Assembly: GCA_030141605.1 (NCBI GenBank)
Contig: JAQGDQ010000014.1
Span: 1,178,001-1,242,000, forward strand
Length of the DNA stretch: 64,000 nucleotides
Origin: Tubiluchus corallicola
Lineage: Eukaryota; Animalia; Priapulida
Reading direction: 5' to 3'
The position numbers and the translations under genes are program-made. Positions within the stretch are counted from its first letter, which is position 1. Every line of letters starts with the position of its first letter. This document shows, one piece after another, positions 13,360 through 26,220 of this stretch. Below the pieces are notes generated by a model. The model was not told the DNA's origin, searched no databases, and was given only the letters and a program-made list of their open reading frames with translations.

Positions 13360-14467
13360 ACTTTAAAAAAATACCGAACCGTAATTCCGTACCTGTAAAA
13401 TTTAATCGTATCGTACTAGTGTGATAAAATATCGCACCGTAATTCGGTACCAAGTGCATGTAGGATCTATTATGAGAGCAATAAAAATTTATTACAAACT
13501 CGATTAACTTATCAATTTCATACTATTTATGTACTGGTTCATGCCATTTAGTTTGAAATTCCATACCATTTATTGTAGGCTACAAAAGTTACACAATGAT
13601 GCACAAGATATAAATTTAGTTTGAACTATTTTTCACTTAATTAATGTGGCAGACACGATGAGTTAGGCCTATTAATTAGTTTTCTGTGGTTGTCTTAACA
13701 TCCGTGCTCAATTGTGACAAACTCTTATTGTTAATTCAAATTTAGTATTTTGTCTAAAACATCTGTAACTATAATCATAATTAATACTAGAAGTTATACG
13801 TAGCTTTTATAGAAAAAAGTAGAACGAACTTCAACTCAAGGAACTATCTAGAATAATCTGCTTTAAACTAGATCTGCAGGCAACATTCTTATATACATAA
13901 AAATACACAGCCTATTAAATGCTGTGGCTACGCAGGTTAATAAGGCCAGTACGTCTCAAATTCCTTTTGTCATCAAAGCAAACATTTAACTCAGGTGATA
14001 TGCGGATAATAAACCATTGCTGCTTTGCATAGGTGTTCTAAACGTTCCTTATTAAGGACGTACATTTTGAAACGTTCTTGTTTCAAAAGAAACTGCATAA
14101 CTTGAGATGATACAACACGTCAACAGTCAGAAATAGCAATTAAAACCTCGTTGTTACATAAATATGTATCAAACATAGGAAACAAAATGCCCAACGTAAT
14201 TTACGAGAAATGACAACTGGCGCTTCTAAAGAACTTGCCGCTTTGGCCCCCAAACAAACTAATTTTGTAATATAGCTGTTTTGTAATTTTTGTAATTTGT
14301 TTGAGCGTGCTCTGCGTTAATTAGGGGAGAACAATAAGTCCACTCATGAGCATAACATGTCGTCGCCCTGAGTTGCTTACTACTGAAACAGCTACAAGAA
14401 GCTGACTAAAATGGTACGGAAAAGGTACGAAAAAATACCGTAATTCCGTACTGTACCGCCAGCCTTG
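13360..14467. mobile_element. Possible hAT-like non-autonomous element remnant
   Basis: Clusters of CCGTAATTCCGTAC/GGTACG subterminal motifs at 13370..13455 and 14410..14460; right end GTACCGCCAGCCTTG; GGAT repeats on both flanks. Confidence 0.4.
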
Positions 14468-14585
14468 ATGCATGGATGGATGAATGAATGTACGTAGGTA
14501 AATAGGCAGACTGACTGACAGACAGACAGACTTACAAATAAATGGACAGACAAACAGTAGTAAGGTAAGTATGCCTGTATACGAG

Positions 14586-14590
<5 letters not shown>

Positions 14591-14619
<29 letters not shown>

Positions 14620-14928
14620 TGTATGTATGTATGTATGTATGTATGTATGTATGTATGTATGTATGTATGTATGTATGTATGTATGTATGTATGTATGTAT
14701 GTATGTATGTATGTATGTATGTATGTGTGTATGTATGTATGTGTGTATGTATGTATGTATGTATGTATGTATGTGTGTATGTATGTATGTATGTATGTAT
14801 GTATGTATGTATGTATGTATGTATGTATGTATGTATGTATGTATGTATGTATGTATGTATGTATGTATGTATGTATGTATGTATGTATGTATGTATGTAT
14901 GTATGTATGTATGTGTGTATGTATGTAT
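14591..14928. repeat. (ATGT)n microsatellite
   Basis: About 85 tandem units; source of the MYVC/HTYI ORFs. Confidence 0.98.
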
Positions 14929-17199
14929 GGGAGTATGGTTGTATTTATGTAGGCAGTACAGTCGGTAGGCAGGTAGGCAGATCAGCTGGCAGACAGACAG
15001 ACAGATTTTAATACAAAGTTGAAGTGTAGCCCAACTGATGGAATAGCGTGGCAGGTGTGTCAGCAACTCTGCCCAGGGGGTTATCATTGTACTTTATCAA
15101 AAGTGAGATGGCTGGGGAAAGGTGAGTATCAATGAAACAAACAGAACTTGTTTTCCGGTCATGAACCTATCTATTTATTCATTTATTTACATGATTTACT
15201 TTTTCCTTTAGGTTCGGTAATTCAACGCAAAGCACCAAACAAGCAGCGTCAGCCATATAAAATGGAATTTCGAGATCACATTGGCCATTTAAGATATTCT
15301 TGAAGTTACAAATAAAATAGTACTGGATCAATTTCGTGACTGGATTATTGTTGGAATATCATAAAATTCATTGTTTATATAAAACGTTAAAATTAACTGC
15401 GGGATCTATTATAAGCATATTCAGACTCAGAGTTACTTTCACGGCATATTTTCAGACGGAGTTATGAGGATGCAGAAAGCAAAACGCCCGAGCCTCTTTT
15501 TGACACCATCATCGTTATCGTCGTCAACATCGTCATCATCGCGTTCGACTTTTCAACGTCATTTTCATCAGCCTCCTCATCATCATCATTCTTTCTAAAC
15601 CGGCGGTAAACCATTCTTCCAATGCAAACCTAAAGTCCATGACCTGATGAACGTGTTCTGGTAATTGCAACAGATTGGCGCTAACAACCAAGTCACAGTG
15701 AGAATGCACGAGAGAAGTACAATGAACAAACATACAAACTTGGTTGTTCTACTGTCCAAAACGTAATATTTCTTTATGACGTTTAGGTGATGATCATTTC
15801 CCCTATAACGAAAATTTCGTGTTAGCGAAATTAGTTATGTACACGTACATGTTTACTATTTTTTAACACCAGGTCCTAGTATCACAAAGCTGTCACTAAG
15901 TTAACGAAATCCGTTATTATAAGTTTAGTGACTGCAATAACGACGTCGTTAACTTAGTGAAAGCTTTGTAAAACTTGCTAGAGGGGCTGTTTAAAATTAC
16001 AATGGTGTTAAAGAATTGTAATTGTGTGAGTTTTTGCGATACAGTGTTGATCATTAAACTGCACTTCTGTAACAAGCATTTTACTTTGTATGTTCTAGGT
16101 ATCACTATATGGCCGTTGTCATCTCCAGTGTAGGAGCATGAAACATCAACCATATAGTTATAAAGGGCCTTATAGGCTAAGGCTAAGTAGACTAATTACG
16201 CAATTTAACAGGAAATAATATTAAGAGCAAGCTAGTCTGTACAACAAACAAAGACTACACAAACTAGACAGATCTGCACAGAATAATTACTTATATTAGC
16301 TGAAACTAAAATAAAATGATCAACATGGAAGCTAAGTACAAACAGATTGACAAGGATGAATTAAGGTATAGCGGTTATATTAAACAGGTTATAATTAATG
16401 TAATAATTACATTATTAGAATATAATTTTAGGAGAACAGAGCTGCTTTGCACATCAAGAGAGAGTTGTTGGTATACATAAATAAACTTTGTTTTACTAGA
16501 AGATTTCAGTTATTTGTAGCTCTGCAGCTGTAGCTTATTTAAATTAGCCATTTACCCACATGTACAAATTTAGCCAAAAATATTAGAATGTGGAGGACTT
16601 CCTAGTTTCTTTTTACTTTTAAGTGTCTGGAGGTTTTTCCATGGTAGGCAGCTCTGCTACATTGAAATTTCTAGACGATGTTAGACTGTAGGAATGCTAG
16701 TTCTAATTAATCTATGTAATTATTCTCTGTATCTCTTTTAGTTGATTATAGTTTTTGTTGTGTAGGTTTGTTTAATCTTAATGCTAGTTCCAGGAAATCG
16801 GCGTAAATAGTCTGTTTTTGTCTGTACAATAATTTGGAGGATGTCCAATATCAAATGAAGATCGCTACTGCCATGGAGTCGGAACATCTGTATAGTATTT
16901 AATGTTTTCATAACGTTGTTTTAAAAAATACTAGAGCACGATGATGATAATCTTTCTTCATTTGAAAATACTAAACCTTGATGATGACAAATCTTTTATC
17001 ATTCTCCAGTGATGAAAGACTATCATCATCATTCTCTGGTATTTTCTTAGAAGACAACTTTATTAAAACATTAAAAAGCTTAAAAAACAAATACTAGAGA
17101 AATTAATTTAAAAAACTGTCGTGATCACAGCCATCACATGTCCTGTCTAGTACAGGGGACCATAAGTGATTAACGAAAACAGAATTGCAAAATGTCTAC

Positions 17200-18253
17200 C
17201 TTTTATTTGCTGCTGTTTTTTCATCAACTCCACGGAAAATTGAATCCCAAACTTTTTGACATTTTGCTTTGTTTCTATACATATGGTTTTCCAATAAACT
17301 GAAATATTGAAAAATATCCTTTTTCAGTTCGTTGGTATAATGTTGGCCGTTGCTAAGAGAGTCTACCCGTCTCTTTTCAGTAACGTCCTCCTCAGTTTGT
17401 TTTGGATGTCTGACTGAAACATCTAAAAGAGGCGCTACCTCGTACGGTAAAGAAGTGGTGGTCTGCAAATCTTGTTTACCATCGTCGTGTGGCGATGAAA
17501 AGCCCCTTACCCTTTCTCCGACATCCTCTGGTCCACACTGAAAACTTCCCAAGGGATGATCACCTGACCCGCTATTGACGTTCATTTCTTTCACTAAAGT
17601 CTTTTCAGCTTCTACTGCCCACTCTCTTGATTGTACGTCAATCTTACTAAAATCTGTTGAGGTTGATAATTTTATAGACGAGACAATTTCCTGCTGATGT
17701 TGTTCTACTTTCAGTGTTTCTGTATATGGTTGGACGAGCGGTAAGATATCAGTCTGTGCGCCAATGATCAACGTTTTTCTAATTTTTTCAGATGTTAACT
17801 TTTCATGTCTTGATGTAATGTCACTGACGTTAAATATGCCTCTGCCAACAAAATTCTCCGTTTCGCCATCCCTACGAATCTTTCTTTTGTCTTTCGGATC
17901 TTCTTCTTCTTCTTCTTTTCCCATATTTGTCATTGCTAACTGTTTTTCAGTTGTCTCCCTTGATCTGTCCTCTTCATTTTCTCGGTCAACTTCACTATCC
18001 TTTCCTTTACAGGTTTGTTCATATTGTTTACTGGTTAGCTCCACACTCTCCTTCAGATAACTTTCTAATTCTGCTACCAATTCACTACACTTTTGCCATA
18101 GACCATCCAGGTCATTTTTGGCTTCACGTTGTATTTGTGCAATGTTACTTGGCCCCGTGGAAAAATCATTTTCATCTATAGCAAGCCTATAAAACTTTTT
18201 ATCCAGTTTAACCAACTCCTCCAACACATCCTGCAAAAACATCATTTCCTGTA
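17200..18253 (-). CDS. Large exon of an unidentified protein (helical N-part, acidic/disordered middle)
   Basis: Non-repetitive 373-codon open frame in AT-rich DNA; candidate acceptor TTTGCAG| at 18254 and donor AAG|GTAGAC at 17199, just before the frame stop. No family recognised. Confidence 0.65.
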
Positions 18254-19334
18254 CTGCAAAGTTGTAGACTACGGCTATTAATTTATAAATTTTGTTCATT
18301 TCAAAATTTAATTGCAAAAATGGATGTTTAGCTCAGTCCTAGGTTCTTTTTAAGTTTTTTAGCCAGTTTCGACTTTAATGAGTCTAGTAAGATATGAGTT
18401 CAAATCCCGATTAATATTTAGCTCGCAGCTTTTATAATCGCTTCTTTAACCAACGAGCCGTTAAACTTTGTACTAAGTAATTAGGCCTATTTAATTTACA
18501 ACAGTTATCGTCGACATTTCTATACGTTTCTTTTTTTCGTTTCTTTTTTCATGTCTGTTGTTTTTTAGTATGACAATAATTAATAACTATCGACTCTTAA
18601 AGGTGATAAAAATAATCTGCTGTAATACTCTCTGTAGCAAGATTATTAATGACAGAATGGATTTTTAAAAAAACTGAATATGTACAAAGGTGTAGTAAAT
18701 GAATGTTTTATGCACATCGAGGCGTAAAGTAGAGCAAAATCGTGTAAGCAAAGTAAATAGCTATGGAGGCCTGAGGCCCTGGCTTCTAAAACATTGCTTA
18801 TAATCAATAATACAACAGGCTAAAATAGGTCTGTATTCAATTAGCAATTAAAATGCATAATTCATCTCTATAACTGTTCGTATCTACATCAAAAATTTTA
18901 ACCGAATTGCAATTAATATTACAGATAAAATCCAAAATTAGATTTCAAAACATGACTGACAAAAGAGTATGAACTAGAAAAGCTAAAAGTAATAAAAGCA
19001 GTTTTCAGTGGTAATATAATATAATATGTTGAAAAACTGCATTTTATGATGATAAAAACTTGCACGTTGCATTTTACCAGCATATCTCACAATACTTCAA
19101 CTGAAAGAAGAAAGGTTGTATTTAACGTGCAGCCTAGAGGGAAAACATCCAGTTATTGACTCAGCAGTCATTACAAACTGGATAGTGGAGACATCTGTTA
19201 GGGAAAATCAAACAGATAGCCTACATCCACCTAGTTATAAGTTCATGTACTTGTCTAGCTTCTTTACCAAGTTTGTGCGATGAGAGTACTAGGTTATAAA
19301 TCGCACTTATTTTGAGTTTTGCTCTTTAGCTCAT

Positions 19335-19335
<1 letters not shown>

Positions 19336-19377
<42 letters not shown>

Positions 19378-19413
19378 CTCTCTCTCTCTCTCTCCCTCTC
19401 TCTTTCTGTTTTT

Positions 19414-19458
<45 letters not shown>
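19336..19458. repeat. (CT)n microsatellite
   Basis: Two CT runs; source of the ER/LS ORFs. Confidence 0.95.
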
Positions 19459-19461
<3 letters not shown>

Positions 19462-21304
19462 CTCCCCCTCCCTCTTCTTTCTATTGAACTGAAGTACAAA
19501 TATCCAAAGTCTGTACACCATCAAAAATTAAAGACAACTTAAAGCATTGAAATCAGCAGCTGCGAAAAATAAAACAACCACTAAGATACATATTCGTTCT
19601 AACAATAAATATTGATATGTTAAGTAAAATTCAGTTAAAAAATTATTTCATCAGATTATAAATACAAGTTAGCAAAAAATTATTAAAACTGAGATTGAAA
19701 CGTTTTTATAGCCGTTACAATACTTAATAAAGTTTAATGTTTTTGTAAATTTTTCACTTATATTGTGCCTAAGGAAACAATTTTTTCTTAATTAAATTTA
19801 CTATATGGAACTACTATCATTGGAGTATATTGGTACTATAAATTAATAATAATTAAATATTGATAAATTAATCTGGTTTAAAAGAGTAATTGGCCAACTT
19901 TTTCTCAGGGAGTAGACATCCAATAAGAAAACGTCGACTTCGATTTTGTCAGTTCACTTCATTGTTTAACGTTTTGTTCGACATTCATTTTCAATTTGAA
20001 AGGTCGACCTTTTTCTGGAATTAACAACTCGGCTGATTAACATCTCTGAGTCTTCCCGCTGTGCTAAAAATATATTTTGCTAAAATTCCACACTGAAAAG
20101 TATACACACTTTTATTTGTATGCTGGGACATGCACTGTCCAGCTATGCAATACTATAAATATATCTTTCTATTTTTGAATTAAAGCCACAACAATAATTA
20201 AAACTCTGCCAGATAGACTCCTTTGTTTCTATCTAGATAAACTCTAGATAGACTTTTGCTGATATGGTATAAAATACAGTACTAATTTGAAGTTTCCGTA
20301 GGGACACCTTAAGACAGTGCATGTGTCATTACGCTGACGTGATTAAAGTTATTATTTGCAAATTTGCTAAAAAATTGCTACTCATATTTGGTAGTACTAT
20401 TTGAAAATCACTGTTTATGACATTGAATTTGCTATGCATCCGAGATCATTGTAAATATTCTTACAGCTGTATGCATATAATTATAATTGATCATTGTTAC
20501 AGTGTTTTCATACTAATGTTTTTCTTCTTTGGTTCATGGTTTTAGCAAAATGCGACAAGGCTAATCTTATTTTTGCTAATCTGCGTGTTTTACCCTTTAT
20601 TATATATAGGACATTTTTCAAAGTGTATGATTAAACATTATATAGGTATTAATGAATAACTACGTTACAGGGGCAAATGAAACGTATAGTTTATAATAAA
20701 TAATATTCTTCTACAATGTCTGATTTTTCTTGTATTATAAATTTAAAACACATTATTTATTAAAAACCTAAAACATTTCAGTTGCCTTTGCAATCTTTGT
20801 CAATTGGAATCTGTAATTAGTACAGTGCGTTAAATTCTAATCTAATAAAGTAATAATGCAATATTCACACAGTTCTTACAGAAGCATATGCAGTTCTCAG
20901 AAATAAAATGACGCAAAACATATTTTCCCATTTGTTTGTTTACCAATATAAAAACAATTAAATTTGGTACATTGAATATAATAAAAACAACGTTAGAGAG
21001 TTAAAGACGTCAGCATAATGTAAAAATGTGCTTTCAAAAACTGCTAAAATAATGTAAAAAACCGTTTACATTGTTTGGATATTGAACGCATGTGTGGTTT
21101 AGGTCTTGTTTAGTGTGGCGGGAAACAATATTTTCTGTATATCTGTTCTGATAATAGTTATAGAGTGAAAGAGTGTCCAAAACTGAAAAGTATTCTTTCG
21201 AAAGTTTATTATTACAAACTCCAGAACGAAGTTGTTGTATTTTGTTTTTTTGCATTGAAGTACTCACGTATTCTGAAATATAATGGCAGAGCCGTTTGAT
21301 CTAC

Positions 21305-21346
21305 ATGTTTATTGCAGCATCCTCAGCAATCAACCCAATATATAAG
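21305..21346 (+). CDS. GCH1: Candidate alternative first coding exon of GCH1 (MFIAASSAINPIYK)
   Basis: ATG plus 13 open codons end at a good phase-0 donor AAG|GTTAGT, in frame with the phase-0 acceptor at 28188. Confidence 0.35.
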
Positions 21347-22688
21347 GTTAGTATGACCTAATGAACTCGGCCAATCATCCTCTGGAACACTTAGTATAAT
21401 ATACAAAGTTCTACTGTTTATAAAATCGAGTATCAAGGGAGTGTTTTGAAAGATGTTTCTGATTTTACTGATGCGTTTTTCGTTGATATATGAAAGTTGT
21501 CATATTTAGTTTAATTACAGGTAATGACGTATGGTGTATTAGACTTGCTTTGCTGTAGCGATTATTAATTATCTGGTTTGCTTTTTTCTCATTCAGACCG
21601 AATTTAAATCCATACGTATGACTATTGTCTCATTTGTTTGGTAATGCAAATTGCGAGGACGATATCAAGAAAGCTCTGTGTGCCAAAGTGAGAATGGCTG
21701 CACATTTTAGCTCTGTGCACCAAAGTGAGAATGGTGGCATATTTGAATAGCTTTGTGTACCAAAGTGTGAGTAGTTGCATTTTTGAATATTTGGGTGACG
21801 TGAGATTTGCCACTGGATAAAGTTAATCGATTTTTCCAGGATACCGACAACTGTAGGGCTGTAATTTTATGAACGTAAATTTAATTTTTAACATATTCAT
21901 AGCGACAGCTTCACTAAAATGTTATGCACATTTCCTTACATATTCTATTTACTAGCTCGGTTTAGCTGTTAAATTTACATTTATGTTAGTGTATGATTGA
22001 AATACGATTGAAGTATGGCTTGTAGTTAATCGGCGCGGTTTGCTAAATTAACAGCAACGATTTTTCAAAGATTTTACATAACCTGCTCTGCAGGTACACC
22101 AAGCATCAAGACTGAGGGTGCATCATTTATCGACTTGGACGCCAAATTCCACACTGAAAGACCAGCGAAGAAAGACCCAAATCGTTCTCATTGGTTTTGG
22201 TTTTACAAACGTGTTATTTTAGTGTTTTATTCTTTCTTGGTGTCTGTTTTGGTAATCAATTCATTAAGAATATTTGGTTCACTAGCATGTAGTTGAAAGC
22301 TGATCACTTTACGATTTGTCAAGGAAAAAAGTCAACAGACGATGCCTTAGTGGTGCGTTAGATAATTTACACGCATTAGTTATTTATACTACCGAAAAAA
22401 AAGAGTTTACTGATAACTTACCCCTACCTCGTTGAAAACGTCAAGAGAGATCATGCTATTGGCTTAATTGCTGGTAAATTACTTAGAAAACACGATCAAA
22501 TACGTTTAGATGACTGCTATGGTTAAACATAAATCTTTAGTCGTTAGTTTTAGGCATCCGGTAGCTGTATCCCGGAAATGTCGTAGAACCGGATGTTGCA
22601 GGCCATACAGGAAAATTACTCACACAGAGATACTAGAACATGTAGTGTATTTCACGCAGCTATTTAAAATTCGTCCCGGTTTTTATTA

Positions 22689-23492
22689 TGCCCGTTTAAA
22701 CGATCCGATTTTCATCCGTATTTGTCGGCTAACAAAATCGGGTGCCATTGGATGTTGTTGGATGGAGTCGGACTGCGGGACTGCCCCCCCCCCGACTGGT
22801 ATCGGAAGATGTCGGATATAACGTTTACACAATCCTATTTCTATCCGATTTTGTCGACCGACAAAGTCGGGAAAGATCATCCGATAAATTCTGTTTACTT
22901 GAAGCACTGAACAATTTAACATTGGTGTCTGACACATTCGTACTGTTTGAATGCTGCATTTGTTACATTTGCTTTGCGAAGACATCCAAATACCTCAATT
23001 TATTATAATCATCCTCGGCGAAGGCATTTTTATTCACATAATTAAATTTTATTATGGTTGAGTACTCTAGAGTAACGTGAAAAAATATAATATAATTGTT
23101 GTGTTCATTGTAACTCTGTTCTCCATCTGTCTGTCTCTCGCTCACTCTCTCTCTTTCACACACTCTCTCTATCACCCTCCTCTCTCTCTCTATCTATCTG
23201 TCTATCTATCTATCTATCCATCCATCCAACATCCATCCATCCATCCATCCATCCATCCAAGAATGCAAGAGGTGTTACTGTTGGCTGTCATCGCAGAAGT
23301 CGGATGAGAAGTTGAGCAACTCCCGACTTTCATGCGACATCATCCGACTACAAGTCGGACGTTAAATTTTTTCGTACACACGACATCTAACAATATCTGT
23401 CCGACGGCATCCGATTTTGTCGGACGACTTTGCCTGATCGTGTAAACGATTCATCCGACAATCCGATTTTGCCAGATCGTATAAATCATGCA
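22689..23492. mobile_element. PIF/Harbinger-like non-autonomous element
   Basis: TTA|TGCCCGTTTAAACGATC ... GATCGTATAAATCATGCA|TAA (imperfect TIRs, TWA flanks) with many internal ATCCGA/TCGGAT motifs near both ends. Confidence 0.65.
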
Positions 23493-23729
23493 TAAGATTA
23501 TTTTTTTTATTTTTGTGCTGTTTGTTCCTTTAATAACTCGCAGGGTCGTAAGGCAGAAATTCCATAAGGTAGAAATCACAGAACATAAATGTTGTCTCTG
23601 CTGGTTAAAGACCTATATCTAATGTTAAGTAAAATTCGTCTTCTGCCTCGTCAGCATCATGATATTTTCAAACGTGTTTATGTATGACCCTAGAACCCAG
23701 GAATGCCGGGATTAAAGATCACACCTTTA

Positions 23730-23950
23730 CAATACAATGCAATGCAATGCAATGCAATGCAATGCAATGCAATGCAATACAATACAATACAATACAATAC
23801 AATACAATACAATACAATACAATACAATACAATACAATACAATACAATACAATACAATACAATACAATACAATACAATACAATACAATACAATACAATAC
23901 AATACAATACAATACAATACAATACAATACAATACAATACAATACAATAC
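23730..23950. repeat. (CAATG)n-(CAATA)n microsatellite
   Basis: Direct tandem units; source of the QYNTI/YCIVL ORFs. Confidence 0.98.
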
Positions 23951-24115
23951 CTTTATTTAATGTCCGTTTTCACGAAATAAAACATTAGCCTACGGGCTAG
24001 TTTCACAGACATAAAAACAATAAGATCCATTTACAAATAATATCAGCTGTTCGAATCTTGTTTTTCGCTAAACTGCACTCAGTTTTGAGCTAGAGCCACT
24101 TCATTTTGGTGGTGA

Positions 24116-24560
24116 CTAGTTGAAGTCGAGTTCCTGTGGGTATGAGAAAATTTTCCGCCAGGGGCAAAAACTGAAATTAGAGGATACCAATGCTTCTAGA
24201 GGCAAGCAACAGTGGCTTGTGGTACAGCAACGAAAGGCCTGCATGAGACAAACTTGCACCCAGACCCGTTGACCCCCGACCCAACTATGGGACAAAAACC
24301 GAAAATTTGGGCCGAAGAGACAAACGTTTACAGTGTCGAGAAACAGCAAATTGTAACATACCAAATAAAAGGTATCGGTGAGACGACTTGAATGGTATGA
24401 GTTATTCCTATATAAGTTTACCTCTAACCCCAATGTTACGGGTCAAAAGTGACAAGTTCTGATTTTAGTATCTGGTATAGCAAGTCTAAATGAAATGTAT
24501 CGATGAGACAAATTGAATGACGTACGTTGACCGTGATTGACTGATCTTTGACCCGTCAAA
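24116..24560 (-). mobile_element. Helitron/Helentron-like repeat copy (family of 33000..33766)
   Basis: Minus strand ends TTTTTGCCCCTGGCGGAAAATTTTCTCATAC...CAACTAGT, matching 33685..33720 on +, and shares the TTTGTCTCATCGA core. Confidence 0.55.
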
Positions 24561-24930
24561 AGTTGTTAAAATGACCCGTCATTAAAATGAAATTCAATTT
24601 TAATTCATATAGGTAATGCAGCATGTCGAGTTCAGTGGATGCATTGTTGTGACCTTCAGTGCCTTGACCTACACACACGGGTAAAAAGTCTCAAATTCCA
24701 ATTTCACTAAAACACTACTTACGAACATGTTGTTGATTATTTAAAAAAAAATTGTTAATTCATAATAAAATCTGTCACTGTAGATCAAGCATCTACTAGC
24801 TGGAGGAAATAGAATCGTACAACTGTTCTTGACACATTAAAAATTGTAATGGTGATCAGTTCTTGTTGTAGTTGTTGTTGTCATCGTCGTCTCGTCGTCG
24901 TCGTTTTTCTAAATCGAACGAGGGATCACT

Positions 24931-25065
24931 TTTCATCTCGTAATTCAGTTGCTTGTTTTGTTCTAATTTTAAAGTGAACAAAATTCGGACTTCGGAATTT
25001 CACTATCAAATTTCATCTCGTAATTCAATTGCTTGTTTTGCTCTAATTTTAAAGTGAACAAAATT
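24931..25065. repeat. 55-bp direct duplication, period 80
   Basis: TTTCATCTCGTAATTCA...TTTTAAAGTGAACAAAATT at 24931 and 25011, differing at 2 positions. Confidence 0.85.
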
Positions 25066-25941
25066 TGTAGTGTGTCTTTGCTTGCCTCTGCTTTTATATT
25101 TCGTATCTATAAGAATCCTATCGAAATATTTCTGTCTAATCGCCACTTTTTCTCGCGTATTAAGTTACCTGTAAATATGTTGAAACATAGGCTGACGAGT
25201 GACGAAACATCATGGAATTCTTGCAGTACAACCATTCCTAGTACAATGGGCTCATTATAGCGCTGATTACCAAATTCGTGTAGTTATGTAGACTTTATTG
25301 GTTCGACCTTCATCAGAGAATTTTTAAAATGTGCATAATCTGCGTGTGTTAATTACAATATTAGAAGTTTAAAAGTGTTGTAAGCACGAGAATAATGTTT
25401 GCAAGTCGTCGTAAGAATAATAAGTACTGCTCAATCTTATAATTGCATCGGTGAAGTAACTCATTAAATCTAATGTGTTTACGAGAATTTCAGAAGTCCT
25501 AGATTATCTTAGGTCTTAATTGTATCGTTTAGCTTTTGGGATATATTTTCAGTAACAACAATTTTTAAAGAATTTACACTCGCCCGGACTTTCCTACAAT
25601 GTTAAAAGTGCTCTAGATTTTTCAGCTATAAATCAAGAATATGTACTGCAATCGCTTAGAATGGTATAGGACGATACGAGCTACGACATGCCTATTTTAT
25701 TGGTCTATTAAAATCCAATTGTTTTCCACGTACCCAATATTTATGCTTTCGTAGCCCCTGTGTCTAAATGAATTTTACTCGCATTACAAGCACGTGTAGT
25801 GCCATTCATTTGCAACAAAGTGAAAGCTATTGTGCCACCTAATGTAACTTGGCAGTGACTAGATTGTGTGGTGTGAAAATACAAAAGATTTTTATTTTAT
25901 ATTGTAAACTCTGTTATTTAGGAAACGATAATTTGTTAGAC

Positions 25942-26110
25942 ATGCAAATTGGCATGGTGTAAAATGTCCACCTATACGAGTTATTGATGATTTAGCTTCA
26001 AGGATTAAAATGTTCTGACGTCAGGCGCACGGAATGGCTGGATGCACGCGCGCAAACGTCGCACTACCACAACCCAGTATAATAGGTGATGGTAATACCC
26101 TAGCTCATTC
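25942..26110 (+). promoter_or_regulatory. Probable GCH1 core promoter: octamer/CCAAT, CRE, TATA, Inr
   Basis: ATGCAAAT at 25942 overlapping ATTGG at 25948; perfect CRE TGACGTCA 26016..26023; TATAATA at 26078; Inr TCATTC at 26105, whose A lies 29 nt from the TATA start. Confidence 0.65.
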
Positions 26111-26211
26111 ATATGTGAAGGTCAGTTCCAACTACTGTGTGCATGAAACAAAGTAAAGAATAAAAACTAAAGGTAGGAGAACTACCCAGGAGAATAGGAA
26201 AGCATCCACTA

Positions 26212-26220
26212 ATGTTTCAG
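26212..26220 (+). CDS. GCH1: GTP cyclohydrolase I, first coding exon (MFQ)
   Basis: ATGTTTCAG|GTAAGC consensus donor, phase 0, in frame with the exon at 28188; lies about 100 nt downstream of TATA/Inr. Confidence 0.65.

Noticed and set aside
14392-15087. Long ORFs such as the 231-aa HTYI repeat (also the poly-V/S/L, QYNTI and CV/HT ORFs elsewhere)
   Set aside because: They are translations of microsatellites that lack stop codons by construction.
15108-15260. Consensus donor AAG|GTGAGT at 15122 and acceptor at 15210 on +
   Set aside because: Splicing yields only a 20-aa peptide and the phase is incompatible with GCH1 exon 2; may be non-coding, but unsupported.
16745-16887. In-frame TGA in an exon-like frame (selenocysteine or readthrough idea)
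   Set aside because: The reading frame and exon status are ambiguous, and I see no SECIS-like element or homology.
21206-21260. LLQTPERSCCILFF, resembling GCH1 [15 protein letters not shown] (duplicated exon?)
   Set aside because: Only TPER and an offset LFF match, the flanks do not align, and there is no splice context; probably chance.
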